Source of the DNA: Camelus dromedarius
Lineage: Eukaryota
DNA length: 64,000 nucleotides
Reading direction: 5' to 3'
NCBI RefSeq assembly: GCF_036321535.1
Contig: NC_087458.1
Coordinates: 6,944,001 to 7,008,000 of the forward strand
Below the pieces are notes generated by a model. The model saw only the letters and a program-made list of their open reading frames with translations, made no database searches and had not been told where the DNA came from. Below, one piece after another: positions 1-16,973 of the stretch. The position numbers were made by a program, and so were the translations under genes. Every line of letters begins with the position of its first letter. The stretch's first letter is position 1.

Positions 1-909
1 TAGCCGATCTTCCGAATTTTGTCAGGGCGCCTCAGCACAGGCTTAGTGGGGGAAAGTGAGGCAATCAACGGGCCTGGCCTGTGTGGGCTCAATGTCCTGT
101 GCCATAGCAGCCTAGGGTTTGTTTAGCAATAGAAAGAGGCCTAGTCACGGGTTCAGGAGATGGGTTTTAGTCCTTGCACATCCATTTATTGGCTGTGTGA
201 CCTTGGGGCGATCCCTTCTCCCTGGGCGCTGTTTTCTTCATCCGGAGATTTACTAAGGCTGGACCATCTCAGGATTCTCCGGCTTGGCGTTGCTGCCTTT
301 TCAGTTTCCCTTTCCTCCCTTTCACTTAACATTTTTACTGAGGTTATTGTTTATTGAACCAAAAGGCCCACAGCCAGGCTCTGTAGAAAGAGCTTTGGAG
401 TCAGACTAGTTCACTCATTCACTCACTGTTTTATTTAACAAGCATGTATTAGGCCTCTTCCAAAGACCAAATGTTGGCATGCAAAGATGAATAGCACTTG
501 ATTGTTCCCCTGGAGTTGTCTACAGAAAGGTAGACATGTCAGCAAATAAATGTAATAAAATTTTTAGGTGTTATGGTATAAGTAGGAAAAGGCCATAGAG
601 CCTGCCAAGGATGGGCATGGTTAGTGCTTCCAAGTGAGGGGAGGCTAGGTGTTCACCAGGTAGATGGCAGGAAAAGATAGAAGGAAGGATTTTCTTGGCT
701 GATTTGTAATCCTGGACGTGTCCATCACCTCTCTGAGCCCTGTGTTGCCCATTGTAAAATGGAAACAGTAATGTCTACCTCTTTTTTTGTGAGGCAATTA
801 CTAAGCATAGAACATAGCACAGATGGTATTAAGTAAATGTTATTTCTTTTCTTGATTCCCCTGTGGGGGCCATGTCCCTGGCCTCTGCCTTCTGCTTCCT
901 TCCCTGCAG

Positions 910-3900
910 ACTTACGCCAGATTTACTGGTGCCCCACTCAAAGTGCACAAGATCACCAACCCCTGGCGGAGCCCTTCAGGTACCCAGTGTCCCTGGGGGG
1001 TGAGGAAGGGAGTGTACAAGGGGAAGAGCAGGAGACAGACAGGAATGTGGTGCAATTATGTATGGATAGGCAGCTAAGGGTCTGGTGGACACACTTCTTT
1101 CTCAATGTCAGGAACTCNNNNNNNNNNNNNNNNNNNNNNNNNNNNNNNNNNNNNNNNNNNNNNNNNNNNNNNNNNNNNNNNNNNNNNNNNNNNNNNNNNN
1201 NNNNNNNNNNNNNNNNNNNNNNNNNNNNNNNNNNNNNNNNNNNNNNNNNNNNCATTTATTGAGCACCAAGTATATGCCAGACTAGACGCAGGTGACCCAG
1301 AGTTTCAAGGACACAGACAATGTTGCTGTGAGGTAGTAAGTCAAAGGCTAGAGATTAAACTGAGGCACTGTGGGGGCATCCAGAGACACAGTGCCTTATG
1401 CCTTCTGGGTGAGGAAGGGAGAGATGAATGGGCTGATAACACATGGAAGGGAAAAGAGAGTAGGAGAGAACAGCTGGCTCAGATGAGGCCCTCAAAGATG
1501 GGACCAGAGGGAGATTTCTAAGGGCTGTTGCCCTTTTTTCAGGGACTGGGTTTGGCTGAATATGGGGCTCAGGGTAGACAAGGATAAGAGCTAGGGTTAG
1601 GGTGGGGGGAATTGAAAGAGCTTTCCAAGAGGAATGGGGAGGCTTAGGCTATGCTTTTCACTCTGTCGTTGGCTATGTGACCTTGCACAAGTTGCTTAAC
1701 CTCTCAGAGCTGTAAACTCCTTACTTGCAAAAGTAGGGGGCTCAGCCAGAATGCTTTCCAAGGGCTCCTCTAGCTTGGTTCCAAAAGAGAACATGTTGTC
1801 AGAAGGGGGAACCCTCGTCTTCATTTCTACTTTCTCAAAGGTGGAGGAACTGGGGAATTAATGGAGGCTTGAGAGACATGGAGAGAGGGAATTCAGGTAA
1901 AAGCCAAAGTTCCTGGCTGGGACTGGGCCACTGTTTCCTTATATATGACCATAGCTTTTTCAGTTTCCAAAGAGCTTTCTCCTAACAGAGTCACATTGAG
2001 AGAGATTATTACCCCCATTCTGCAGGGGAGAAACTGAGGCTCAGAGAGATTTAAGGATTATTCTCGAAAGGTTATTTGGGGACAAAGTCTATTCAGGATA
2101 TGGAGGAGGGTGCCGAGGAACAGACATTAGAGCCTAGGAAGGTGTGGCAGGCCGAGACCTGGGGGTATGGTTGGAATGTGTGTGTGGTGGTGGTGGCGCC
2201 TGGGCCGTGGAATGAAATAGAAGAAACAGCCAAGAGCTGGGCTTTGGGAAAGCAAGCCAGGGGGCCCTAGACATGGGTTCACTGGGTCCCAGGAGCATGA
2301 GGATGGCATCCCCTAGTTCCTGAGGCTTGACTGAGGCCCAACCTGCATCTGGGCTTCACTCTGTTAGTTTTGTGGTGTCTGGATCGGGGAAGTTACTGTT
2401 AGAAAGTTGCCGTCAGCAGGCATCCTGCCAGCTTTCCGTGGAAACTCTGGGAGCTGCTCCTGGTTTGCGGCTGGGCCTTCCTTCCTCCCCCCAGTGGGCG
2501 CGGGACCTTGACGGCCAGCAGGCTCCAAGGTCCAGGCTTCCCGCCAACAGCAACAGGCTACTGACTGGGCCCAGGCGAGGGGGCCTCAGCGAGAAAAGCT
2601 CCTTGCTCTACCTCTGCTACACTCAGAGGTCAGTGTGGGTGGTGGCAGACAGGAGGCCTCCGTCCTTGGGGAAGTGTCCCTGGAGTCCCCCAGCATCCAC
2701 CTCACAGTGAATGTTTCTTCCACAGAAGTACAATGCTGATTATGATCTGTCAGCCCGGCAAGGGGCAGACACCTTGGCCTTCATGTCTCTGCTAGAGGAG
2801 AAGCTGCTCCCGGTGCTGGTGAGTGTGCACAGACCTCCCAGCATGAACGGCCAGCAGGGGAGGGGGTGAGGCATACACACAGACACCCCATACACACACA
2901 CAGGCTTGGAGCAGCGTGGGGGTCAGAAGCCCACCCCGAGTCAGGCAGGTGCACTGGCTCAGACTGCCTCTTCCTTCCTCCATACCTAATCCAGATACAC
3001 ACTTTTTGGGTAGACGCCAAGAACTATGTGGAAGTGACCCGGAAGTGGTATGCAGAGGCTATGCCCTTTCCCCTCAACTTCTTCCTCCCTGGCCGCATGC
3101 AGCGGCAGTACATGGAGCGGCTGCAGCTGCTGTGTGGGGAGCACAGGCCTGAGGATGAGGAAGAGCTGGAGAAGGAGGTACCTGGGACAGGGGGCTGTTG
3201 TATGAGAGGAGCCCCAAGGATGACAGCCAGGAATGGGAGTGCCTGGGAGAGGCGGCGGCGCTGTTCCCGCAGCCGCAAGCCTACCTTGTGTCTTCCCTGT
3301 AGCTGTACCAAGAGGCTCGGGAATGCCTGACCCTTCTCTCTCAGCGCCTGGGCTCTCAGAAATTCTTCTTTGGAGATGCGTGAGTCTGACTCCAGGGGAA
3401 TCATAGGTGGCTTGGAAGAAGAGACAGGTTCAGATGTAGCCACAGGGGCTGGGGTGGGCTCAGGTTGTGGACACGAGGTCCTCAGGCTCAGGACAGACAC
3501 TGGGTCTGATGACAGTGGGGCTACGTGTGGGGCCTGAGCCGCCTCAGTGGTACAGGAGGGTGGGAGGGCTGCCAGGTCCAGGAGGGGCCTGCAGGGCTGT
3601 GGGGCACTCAATGTGCCCTTTATGCAGCCCTGGGATAGAGTCCCATTCAAGGCCAGCCTGGCGCCACCTGGGGCGCCCTCCCCACACCACATCCAGAACT
3701 GTGTCCTCTCCTCCTCCGGTGGCCCACCGGCTGCCCAGAGCCCCACTCTCAGGGCCAACTCTTCCTCCCACTCCATCTCTCCCCCTTCCCCATCCCATCC
3801 TTCTCTCTGCTGCAGCCCCGCCTCCCTGGACGCCTTTGTCTTCAGCTACCTGGCCCTGCTGCAGCAGGCGAAGCTGCCCAGTGGGAAGCTGCAGGCACAC

Positions 3901-4285
3901 CTGCGGGGGCTGCACAACCTCTGTGCCTACTGCACCCACATCCTCAGCCTCTACTTCCCCTGGGAGGGAGGTAACAGACAGATGGTGGAGGCTTGGTGCT
4001 AGCCCTGGGGAGAAATGGGCAGGGATCCAGGAGCCAGCCCCCGAGCCCACCTTCCCTTCTTGCCCCTCAGCTGAGGTGCCACCTCCATGCCAGACACCAG
4101 CGAGCCCGGAGAATGAGGAGGAACCATACCGGCGCCGGAACCAGATCCTATCTGTGTTGGCGGGGCTGGCAGCCATGGCGGGCTACGCCTTGCTCAGTGG
4201 CATTGTTTCCATCCAGCGGGCACCGCCTGCCCGAGCCCCAGGCACACGGGCCCTGGGCATGGCTGAGGAGGATGAAGAGGAATGA
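910..4285 (+). CDS. MTX1: Metaxin-1 (mitochondrial outer membrane SAM complex subunit), 5'-partial; exon 1 is upstream of the window
   Basis: Exons 910-979, 1112-(into N gap 1118-1252), 2726-2818, 2995-3177, 3303-3379, 3816-3970, 4071-4285, all visible junctions AG/GT. Peptides [83 protein letters not shown] and C-terminal [23 protein letters not shown]...AEEDEEE* match metaxin-1. Confidence 0.97.
1960..2075. mobile_element. MIR core (representative; similar cores near 13.2-13.35, 27.9, 29.2, 35.5-35.65, 53.1-53.3 and 60.9-61.2 kb)
   Basis: ccccattctgcaggggagaaactgaggctcagagag MIR core motif. Confidence 0.65.
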
Positions 4286-4388
4286 TTTGTCCTCATGCTC
4301 CCAGGACTGATTTTTCTACTGTGATGCATTCCAGAGGCCCCGTGTTTCCCCGTCGTTGGGATGGCTGGAAATGGGGTGCCACCCCCAG

Positions 4389-4394
4389 AATAAA
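4389..4394 (+). terminator. MTX1 polyadenylation signal
   Basis: AATAAA 104 nt after the MTX1 stop codon. Confidence 0.85.
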
Positions 4395-4969
4395 CCTGCT
4401 CACACTGACTGGGATCAGACATTCTCTCCTTTAAGGGGCTGCCACTTTTCCTAGCTGGTGCTGGGGGGTCCATCTGGGTGCTTGAATCTACCCACTTGGC
4501 GCTTGGCTTCTTTTGCTGCCTGTGCCCTGATGCTGACATCTACATGAGCCCGGTCCTGCATCTCCAAGAAAGACAAACAGTTCCCAGTTTTGGGTCCAGC
4601 TTTCCTAGTCTCTTCCTTTCCTTAACCTCTCTCGCCACCGCCCCCCCACCCACCCTCTGTTTGTACAGACAGTGAGCTCACTCTGGGCCCGGGCCCAGTT
4701 TCCACAGGCAACCAGCGCACAGCACACGCTCACACAAGCATGGGGGTGGGGGACCACTGGGGCTTCCCGATCCTTTCCCTAGGGGCCTCCAGCCCGCTGG
4801 CACCAACTAGAGGGGAGAGTGAGTCACCCAAACCACTGCCTCTGGGCTTACGTCATTTAAGCTCCCCCCAGCCCTGCCGTACGCTCTTTAGCCACAGACA
4901 GCATGTGAACTGACTCTGTCCCTTTAATGTCCATTCTGAGCCCAGGCTCCTGCTTGGGTATCTGCTCCA

Positions 4970-9498
<4,529 letters not shown>

Positions 9499-9599
9499 CA
9501 CCAGATGGGAAGACTGCACGGTTCCAAACTTCGGAGGGATACAGGATCAACTAAATAAAAGCAGGTTTGGAGGCACCTGCGGTAGCTATACACACCAGA

Positions 9600-9690
9600 T
9601 TAGCCCTACGCGTTAATTCCGGCATAATGGGGTGGACGGATCATGTGATAACTATGGGCGAGTCACATGACACAGGAAGTGAGGCAACTG
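9600..9690 (-). promoter_or_regulatory. GBA1 proximal promoter with two CLEAR/M-box-like elements and an ETS site
   Basis: TCATGTGA at 9641-9648, GTCACATGAC at 9662-9671 (1 mismatch to GTCACGTGAC), CAGGAAGT at about 9673-9680; 140-180 nt upstream of the ATG. Confidence 0.7.
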
Positions 9691-10540
9691 CAACCATACT
9701 TGTAAAGGGCGACTGGCTTCCCCCAGGCTATTGGTGATTATATACCCTATGAAATTCCGGAAGGCATGTATGGATGACAACTTTAGGAAGAATCGAGATG
9801 AAAGATCTGAATGGAGGGTAGGGCAGAGGCTCCCAAATCCCAGAGGATGGGAACCACAGCAGGCACAAAACTTTCTTGGGAAAAAATGTTAAAGCAATGC
9901 TAATAAAGGTGATATTGATAAAAGAAGTTCAGTGTGCCAAATACTGAGGACAAAATACTGAGAGATGATTAAGACAGTCTTTGCCCCAAAGAGGCTCATA
10001 AGGCAGGGAAGTCAGACACACAGACGGTTACAGATAAAGACAAAAATGGTAGCAGATGTGCACGGAGGGACCCTTTATGGTGGGATTATCCTGGAAGGCT
10101 TCTCGGAAGTGAAGGGGAAGGGAGAATTAATCAGCGAAGTGCAGGAAGGATGAGCCGTGGGCAGAAGGATGCTGCCTCTTGAGACCTCCCTTGTTTCATC
10201 ATCAGATGCAGATGAGAAGGAACTGTTTTTCCTTTCTCACAGGACAAGGAGGTTATGTAAAGCAGTTCAGAGACTGTAAAGTGTTGTACAATGCTGTATC
10301 CTCAGCAGATGTGAGTGAGAAGGGGGTTCTGCATGGTGTTGCCTCATGGCCACATCACATATGATTTATCGGGAGTGACATACACAATTATGACCTGACT
10401 GACTCCAGCTCCCTGAGCCTATTTCTTCATCTGTAAAATGGATGCAATGATGCAATGCCACCACATCACAAGGTCATTACTGAAATCAGTGAGGTAAGCA
10501 CAGCGCCTGGTACATAGTAGACTCTCGAGAACTGCTTGTC

Positions 10541-12758
10541 TTTTTTTTTTTTTAATTGAAGTATATTTGATTTACAATGTTGTGCTAGTTTCTGGTGTAC
10601 AGCATAGGGATTCAGTTATACATATATATATTCTTTTTCAAATTCTTTTTCATTATAGATTATTAAAAGATATTGAATATAGTTCCCGTGCTACACAGTA
10701 GGACCCTGTTGTTTATCTATTTTCTATATAGTAGTTTGTATCTGCTAATCCCAAACTCCTAATTTATGCTCTGCACCCCCAGTCTTCCCCCTTTGGTAAT
10801 CGTAAGTTTGCTTCCTATGTCTGTGAGTCTGTTTCTGTTTTGTAAATACATTCATATTTTTAGATTCCACATATAAGTGATATCATATGATATTTGTCTT
10901 TGTCTGACTTACTTCTCTAAGTATGATAATCTCTAGGTCCATCCATGTTGCTGCAAATGGCATTATTTCATTCTTTTTTATGGCTGGTAGTTCCATTGTA
11001 TATATACACCATATCTTTATCTACATCATCTGTTGATGGACATTAAGGTTGTTTCCAGGTCTTGGCTATTGTAAATAGTGCTACTATGAACACTGGGGTG
11101 CATGTATCTTTCCAAATTAGACTTTTCTCTGGANNNNNNNNNNNNNNNNNNNNNNNNNNNNNNNNNNNNNNNNNNNNNNNNNNNNNNNNNNNNNNNNNNN
11201 NNNNNNNNNNNNNNNNNNNNNNNNNNNNNNNNNNNNNNNNNNNNNNNNNNNNNNNNNNNNNNNNNNNCCCACACCCTCTCCAGTACTTACTGTTTGTAGA
11301 TTTTTTAATGATGGACATTCTGACTGGGGTGAGGTGATCCTCACTGTAGTTTTGATTTGCATTTCTCTAATAATTAGCAATATTTTATGAGTATTTTTTC
11401 ATGTGCCTATTGGCTATCTGGATGTCTTTTTTGGAGAAATGCCTTTGTAGGTCTTCTGCCCATTTTTTGATTGGGCTGTTTTTTTTTTTTATTATTGAGT
11501 TGTATGAGCTGTTTGTATACTCTGGAAGTTAAGCCCATGTCAGTCGCATAATTTGCAAATACTTTCTCCCAGTCCATAGGTTGTCTTTTCCTTTCGTTTA
11601 TGTTACGTTGCTGTGCAAAAGCCTGTAAGTTTAATTAGGTCCTATTTGTTTATTTTTGTTTTTATTTCTAAGGCCTTGGGAGACTGACCAGGAGAACATT
11701 GCTACAATTTATGCCTGAGAATGTTTTGTCTATGTTCTCTTCTAGTTTTACAGTGTCCTGTCTTATGTTTAAGCCTTTAAACCACTTTGAGTTTATTTTT
11801 GTGTATGGTGTGAGGGAGTGTTCTATCTTCACTGATTTACATGCAGCTGTCCAGCTTTCCCAACACTACTTCCCAAAGAGATTGTGTTTTCCCCATTGTA
11901 TATTCTTGCCTCCTTTGTCAAAGAGTAATAGACTGTAGGTGTGTGGGTTTATTTCTTGGCCCTCTGTTCTGTCTCGTTGATCCACATGTCTGTTTGTGCC
12001 AATACCATGCTATTTTGATTACCATAGCTTTGTAAAATTGTCTGAAGTCTGGGAGGGTTATGCCTCTAGCTTCATTCTTTTTCTTCTGTATTGCTTTGGC
12101 AATTCTGGGTCTTTTGTGATTCCATATAAATTGTAGGATTATTTGTTCTCGTGCTGTAAAAAATGTCCTGGGTAATTTGATAGGGGTCATATTAAATCTG
12201 TAGATTGCTTTGGGTAATAACCATTTTAACAGTATTAATTTTTCCAATCCAAGAGCATGGGATATCTTTCCATTTCTTTAAGTTATTTTTAATTTCCTTT
12301 ATTAATGTTTGAAGTTCTTAGCATATAAGTCTTTCATCTCCTTGGTCAAGTTTATTCTAAGTATTTTATTTTTTTGATGTGATTTTTTTTTTAATTTTTA
12401 ATTTTTTAAAAACAATTGGGGGGAAGGTAATTAGGTTTGTTTATTTATTTATTTAAATGGAGGTACTGGGGATTGAACCCAGGACCTTGTGCATGCTAGG
12501 CATGCACTCTACCACTGAGCTATACCGTCTCTCCTTGATGCAATTTTAAAAGGGATTTTTTTTTTTTTGCTTTCCTCTTCTGATATTTCATTGTTAGTGT
12601 AAAGAAATGCAAGAGATTTCTGTATGTTAATCTTATATCCTGCTACCTTGTTGAATTCATTTATCAGCTCTAATAGTTTTTGTGTGGAGTCTTTAGGGTT
12701 CTCTCTATATAGTATCATGTCATCTGCATACAGTCACAATTTTACCTTTTCTCTTCCA
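10541..12758 (-). mobile_element. 5'-truncated LINE-1 (3' part of ORF2 plus 3'UTR and polyA), degraded
   Basis: T-run at 10541 followed by the reverse complement of an L1 3' end. ORF2-like peptides [70 protein letters not shown] in shifting frames. Confidence 0.95.
12383..12533 (-). mobile_element. vic-1-like SINE nested in the L1
   Basis: Reverse-complement head ggggattgaacccaggacc...ctaccactgagctatac; imperfect flanking duplication ttgatg..attt. Confidence 0.9.
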
Positions 12759-13507
12759 GTTTGGACCCACGACAAGGTTGGGCTGTGTTTGTTTATGGCG
12801 GGGAGGTTGGAGTACGAAGGAATGTCTTACTCATGCTAAGTAGAAGGCCTGACACAGAGTGGGTAGGTGCCAAATTGAATCGAATTGAACCATCATCATG
12901 AAGTCAGAATCTGCCCCATCCAGACTTCCTGTTTTTCCAGGAAATGTTGCTCAGGGCTTGGTCTCAGGAGGAGGGCAGGTGATATCCAGTACCTTACTTC
13001 CCTGTAGTTCATTCATTCCACAAATATTTATTAAGTACATACTACATTTGCCCCAACCTGCTCTGTTGGCTTTAGAGCCCCACTCCCCTCCTGTTTCCAT
13101 CTGCAGGCACGGAATTCGTGAGCCTCCTGCTTCTCTCACGATGTGATTTGCCATCTAGGCTTTTATATTTTATTTTCTAAATAAAGTAGATTATAATAAG
13201 GGCTAATATTTTCAGTACTTAATCTATGCTACTTTGTGTTCATTGTCTCATTTCATTCTCACAAGGAAGATACTAATATCTTTCCCATTTTACAGATGAG
13301 GAAACTAAGACTCTAAAAGGTCATTAAATTGTCCAAAGTCTCTTGTCTACTCAGTGGTGGAACCTGGATTGTATCCAGAATCCTATGACACACATCACAC
13401 ATTTGATGAGAGCCTCTGGTGTGCCAAATGCTATGCTAGCGGCTGGTTATTTTCAAAAGCTTCTAAGTTGGTCTTAGTATTCGCTTTGTATTGTTTTAAA
13501 ATCATCC

Positions 13508-13630
13508 TTTTGTGGGGGGGCAGGCAATTAGATTTTTTAAAATTTGTTTTTCTAATAGAGGTACTGGGGATCAAACCTAGGACCTCGCGCATGCTAAGCA
13601 TGCACTCTACCACTGAGCTATACCCTCCCC
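13508..13630 (-). mobile_element. vic-1-like SINE
   Basis: gaggtactggggatcaaacctaggacctcgcgcatgctaagcatgcactctaccactgagctataccctcccc; flanking catcct duplication. Confidence 0.9.
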
Positions 13631-14073
13631 CATCCTGTGTTTTTTATGCAGTGTTCTACCTGCCCAAAATGAAGTCTAAATTGGCTTCTAAAGTGCTGGC
13701 TACATGGCAACATTTCTGGATCTGTGTTCTTCAAAGGCATTGGGTGGGGTATACCATGTCAATAATGTAAAATAATCCAGGACTCCCAGGCCATATTGAT
13801 TGATTTTCAGTTGGGGAGGGGCAGGCCGGCCTCTGTTCCTGAGCTTCACTCTCCCCATCCTGGGAGATCTCAGCCCAACAGCCCAAGCACCCCCTTTCAT
13901 AAAAAGTGTTTCCTAACATAGTCTTTATTATCCTGAAATGGACATATAGATAATATGACTTACTTACATACAAAATTTAAAAGAATCAATATAGTTGCCT
14001 TAATTAGAATACAAAGAAAATTATTTTTATGGTAAAATATGTTTTCAATAAGTAAATGCTTAGGCATCATTAC

Positions 14074-14469
14074 TGTTGCTGAAGAATCAGCCTCTATACC
14101 CCCATAGCTGAATTGAGAGTTGGAGGCAGAGCTGTGGGAGGATTAAAAAAGAACAGCTTTATTGCTTTGCCAGGCAAAGGAAGTCACAGCAGGCTAATGC
14201 CTTAAAGACTGTGAACCTGCCTCGGGGTAAAGGTCTTGGGATTTTATACAAAAATGGGAACAGGAGAGTGATAACAATCAGGGAATTTAGGAGGGCTTGC
14301 CCATTTTCCTGAGGTTCAGTCTATGACCTTTCAAGACCTCTAGGGTAAAAGAATAAGTTATAAGAAAAGAATGTCCAGGGAGGGGAGCGTGTTAGTCACA
14401 AGATCAGTTTAGCTAGAAGTACAGACCTGAACAATGCAGCAGCCATCTTGTTAGTTTTCTACTCTTTCA
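14074..14469 (-). mobile_element. Solo ERV1-class LTR
   Basis: TG...CA termini, 4-bp TSD TTAC (14070-14073 and 14470-14473), AATAAA on minus at 14158-14163 beside the ctttgccaggcaaag hairpin. Confidence 0.85.
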
Positions 14470-14934
14470 TTACCTACAAGACAGAATGTGGTCAGATCTG
14501 TACTAAGCTAAATGTTATAAATTAGGATTTAACAGAAGCAAAAATAGCCCATGAATTAGTAAATAATTTCAACATGTAATTTTCACCCTATGTCATTTTC
14601 ACAATATGTAATTAGCATCGTGCTGCAAAGCCATAAAATATATGATAAATCAAAGTGCATAAAAGCCAATCTTTATGAATAAGATTCAGTGCATTCCACA
14701 CGTCTCCACAAATTTACTATTTGATTCTCAGCCTTGGCAATTCAGTAAGGAAAAGTACAGTCTTTTCAATAAATGATGCTGAGACAACTGGATATTACAT
14801 GCAAAAAGATAAACTTAGACCCTTATCTTTCTCCAGAATAAAAAATTAGCACAAGATGGATCATAGACTTAAATGTAAGAGCTGAAACTAAAATTCTCAG
14901 AAGAAGGCACAGGAGAATTCGCCAGTGGTTTCTT

Positions 14935-15096
14935 TTTCTTTCTTTCTTTTTTAATGTAATTTTTTTGTTTTTTGTTTTGAGGGGGAGGTAATTAGTTTTA
15001 TTTATTTATTTTATATTTGGAGGAAGTACTGGGGATTGAGCCCAGGACTGCATGCATGCTAAGCATGTGCTCTACCACTTGAGCTCTATCTTTCCC
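14935..15096 (-). mobile_element. vic-1-like SINE
   Basis: gtactggggattgagcccaggac...ctctaccacttgagctctatc head with T-rich tail. Confidence 0.85.
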
Positions 15097-15109
15097 TTTC
15101 TTTTTCTTT

Positions 15110-15720
15110 TGTTTTAAGCAACAGTAAATATTTATTATCTCACATTGTTTCTGAGGGAAAAGAATTCAGGAGTGGCTTATCTGGATGGTTCAGATTTGAG
15201 GTTTCTCCAAAGGTTGTAGCCAAGATCTTGGTCAGGGCTGCTGTTATCTATAGCAGGCTTGTCTGGGCCGAGGTTCTGCTTCCAAGTAAAGCCACTAACA
15301 TAGGTGGTGAACTGGGGCTGGCTGTTGACAGAAGGCCTCAGTTCCCTACCATGTGGAATTATTCAGAGGGCTGCTTGAAGGTCCTCACAGCATGGTGGTT
15401 GGATTCTTCTACAGTGAGTGATCTAAGATAAATAAGGCAGAAGCCACAATGTCCTAGCCTCAGGAGTCACAGATCATCATTTTTACATACTCCGTTGTTT
15501 GGTTACATAGGGCTTCCCTATACAGTTGGCGTTGGCGGGGGGCTAAACAGAGTTGTGAACACCAGGAGGTGGGGATCATTTTGGGGTCATCCAGGAGGCA
15601 GTCTACCATAGTCTGCCCTCTGGCCTCAATAAGTCATGTCCTTCCCACATGTAAATACTCTTACTTCCTCCCAAGGTCCCCCAAAGTATCCTTACTATAG
15701 CTTAAGTCCAGAATCTCATT
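15110..15720. mobile_element. MaLR (MLT1-like) LTR plus internal fragment
   Basis: MLT1-like tracts (atttattatctcac...ttctg, ggggatcattttggggtcatc, ctaccata). Family assigned by recognition only. Confidence 0.6.
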
Positions 15721-15969
15721 AGACAAAGGTTTCTTATTTATGATTCCAAAACACCAATGACAGAAGAAAAAAAAAGATAAATTGGACTTCATCCAGATGA
15801 AAAATGTTTCTGTTTCAAAGGATGCCATCAAGAAAGTGAAAAGACAACCCACAGAATGGGATAAAATATTTAAAAATTATATCTCTGATAAGGGCCAAGT
15901 ATCCAAAATATATAAAGAACTCTTACAACTTAATAATAAAAAGATAACCCAATTAAAAAATGGGCAAGA

Positions 15970-15988
15970 GTGGAAGGTATAGCTCAAG
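15970..15988 (+). mobile_element. vic-1-like SINE head running into an N gap
   Basis: ggaaggtatagctcaag immediately before gap 15989-16188. Confidence 0.7.
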
Positions 15989-16337
15989 NNNNNNNNNNNN
16001 NNNNNNNNNNNNNNNNNNNNNNNNNNNNNNNNNNNNNNNNNNNNNNNNNNNNNNNNNNNNNNNNNNNNNNNNNNNNNNNNNNNNNNNNNNNNNNNNNNNN
16101 NNNNNNNNNNNNNNNNNNNNNNNNNNNNNNNNNNNNNNNNNNNNNNNNNNNNNNNNNNNNNNNNNNNNNNNNNNNNNNNNNNNNNNNNGGAAATGCAAAC
16201 TAAAACTACTATGAGACATCACCTCATAGGCACTAGGACAGCTATAATCAAAAAGACAGGCAATAAGAAGTGTTGGCAAGGATGTGGAGAAATTGGAATG
16301 TTCATATGTTACTGGTGGGTATGTAAAATGGTGCAGC

Positions 16338-16973
16338 TGAGACAGGAGGGAAGCAGGCAGGGCACAGCTGTTCAAGGAATGACAGCAATTAACATCAAAA
16401 TGGTGGAAGATTCAACTCCCAGTAGGCACTGAGGATTAAGATAGCTGGAGGTTTGACTTCTAGGAGATCTTGGGCTTCATTATTCGTTCATTGCAACATA
16501 TTAGCATAATAAATAGCATGCCTACAGGTGCCATGACAGTCCCAATGCTAACTACCAAAGGTCAAAGAGTGGGCAGTGGCCCAATTCCTGGAAATCTCAG
16601 CCCCTTCCCCAGGGTAGTTGGAATAGTCTTTCCACTTGTAGGCATGTGAAGCTACTGAGCCCATAAAAACTGGCAACACTGCGCCTGTGGCTGCCTCTCT
16701 CGCTCCCTCCTCTTCGGAGACAACCCGCACTCTGTCCATGGAGTGTGTGTCTACTTTTACTTCAACCCCAACACCTGGTGGCCTTTCTCTTGCCTTCTGA
16801 AACAGCCTATGTATCTCTCTAAATAAATCTACCTTTACTCAATTGTGGCTCACTCTTCAGTTCTTTCCTGCATGAAGCCAAGGACCCACAGCTGGCAGCG
16901 CATGTCCCGAGGGGCTCCACCGAGACCTGGGGTATGGCCCTCCTCTCGCCCCACATTAATTTTTCCTACATCA
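16338..16973 (+). mobile_element. Solo ERV1-class LTR (636 nt) inserted into the old L1
   Basis: TGAGAC...CATCA termini, 4-bp TSD CAGC (16334-16337 and 16974-16977), internal aataaa; the L1 resumes exactly on either side. Confidence 0.88.

Noticed and set aside
3024-4285. Long ORFs 3024-3776 (-), 3467-4285 (+) and 3544-4176 (-)
   Set aside because: GC-rich antisense or intron-spanning shadows of MTX1 exons. Only the end of 3467-4285 (exon 8) is real coding sequence.
11043-12718. ORFs with reverse-transcriptase-like peptides as a host gene
   Set aside because: Frameshifted fragments of a 5'-truncated L1 ORF2.
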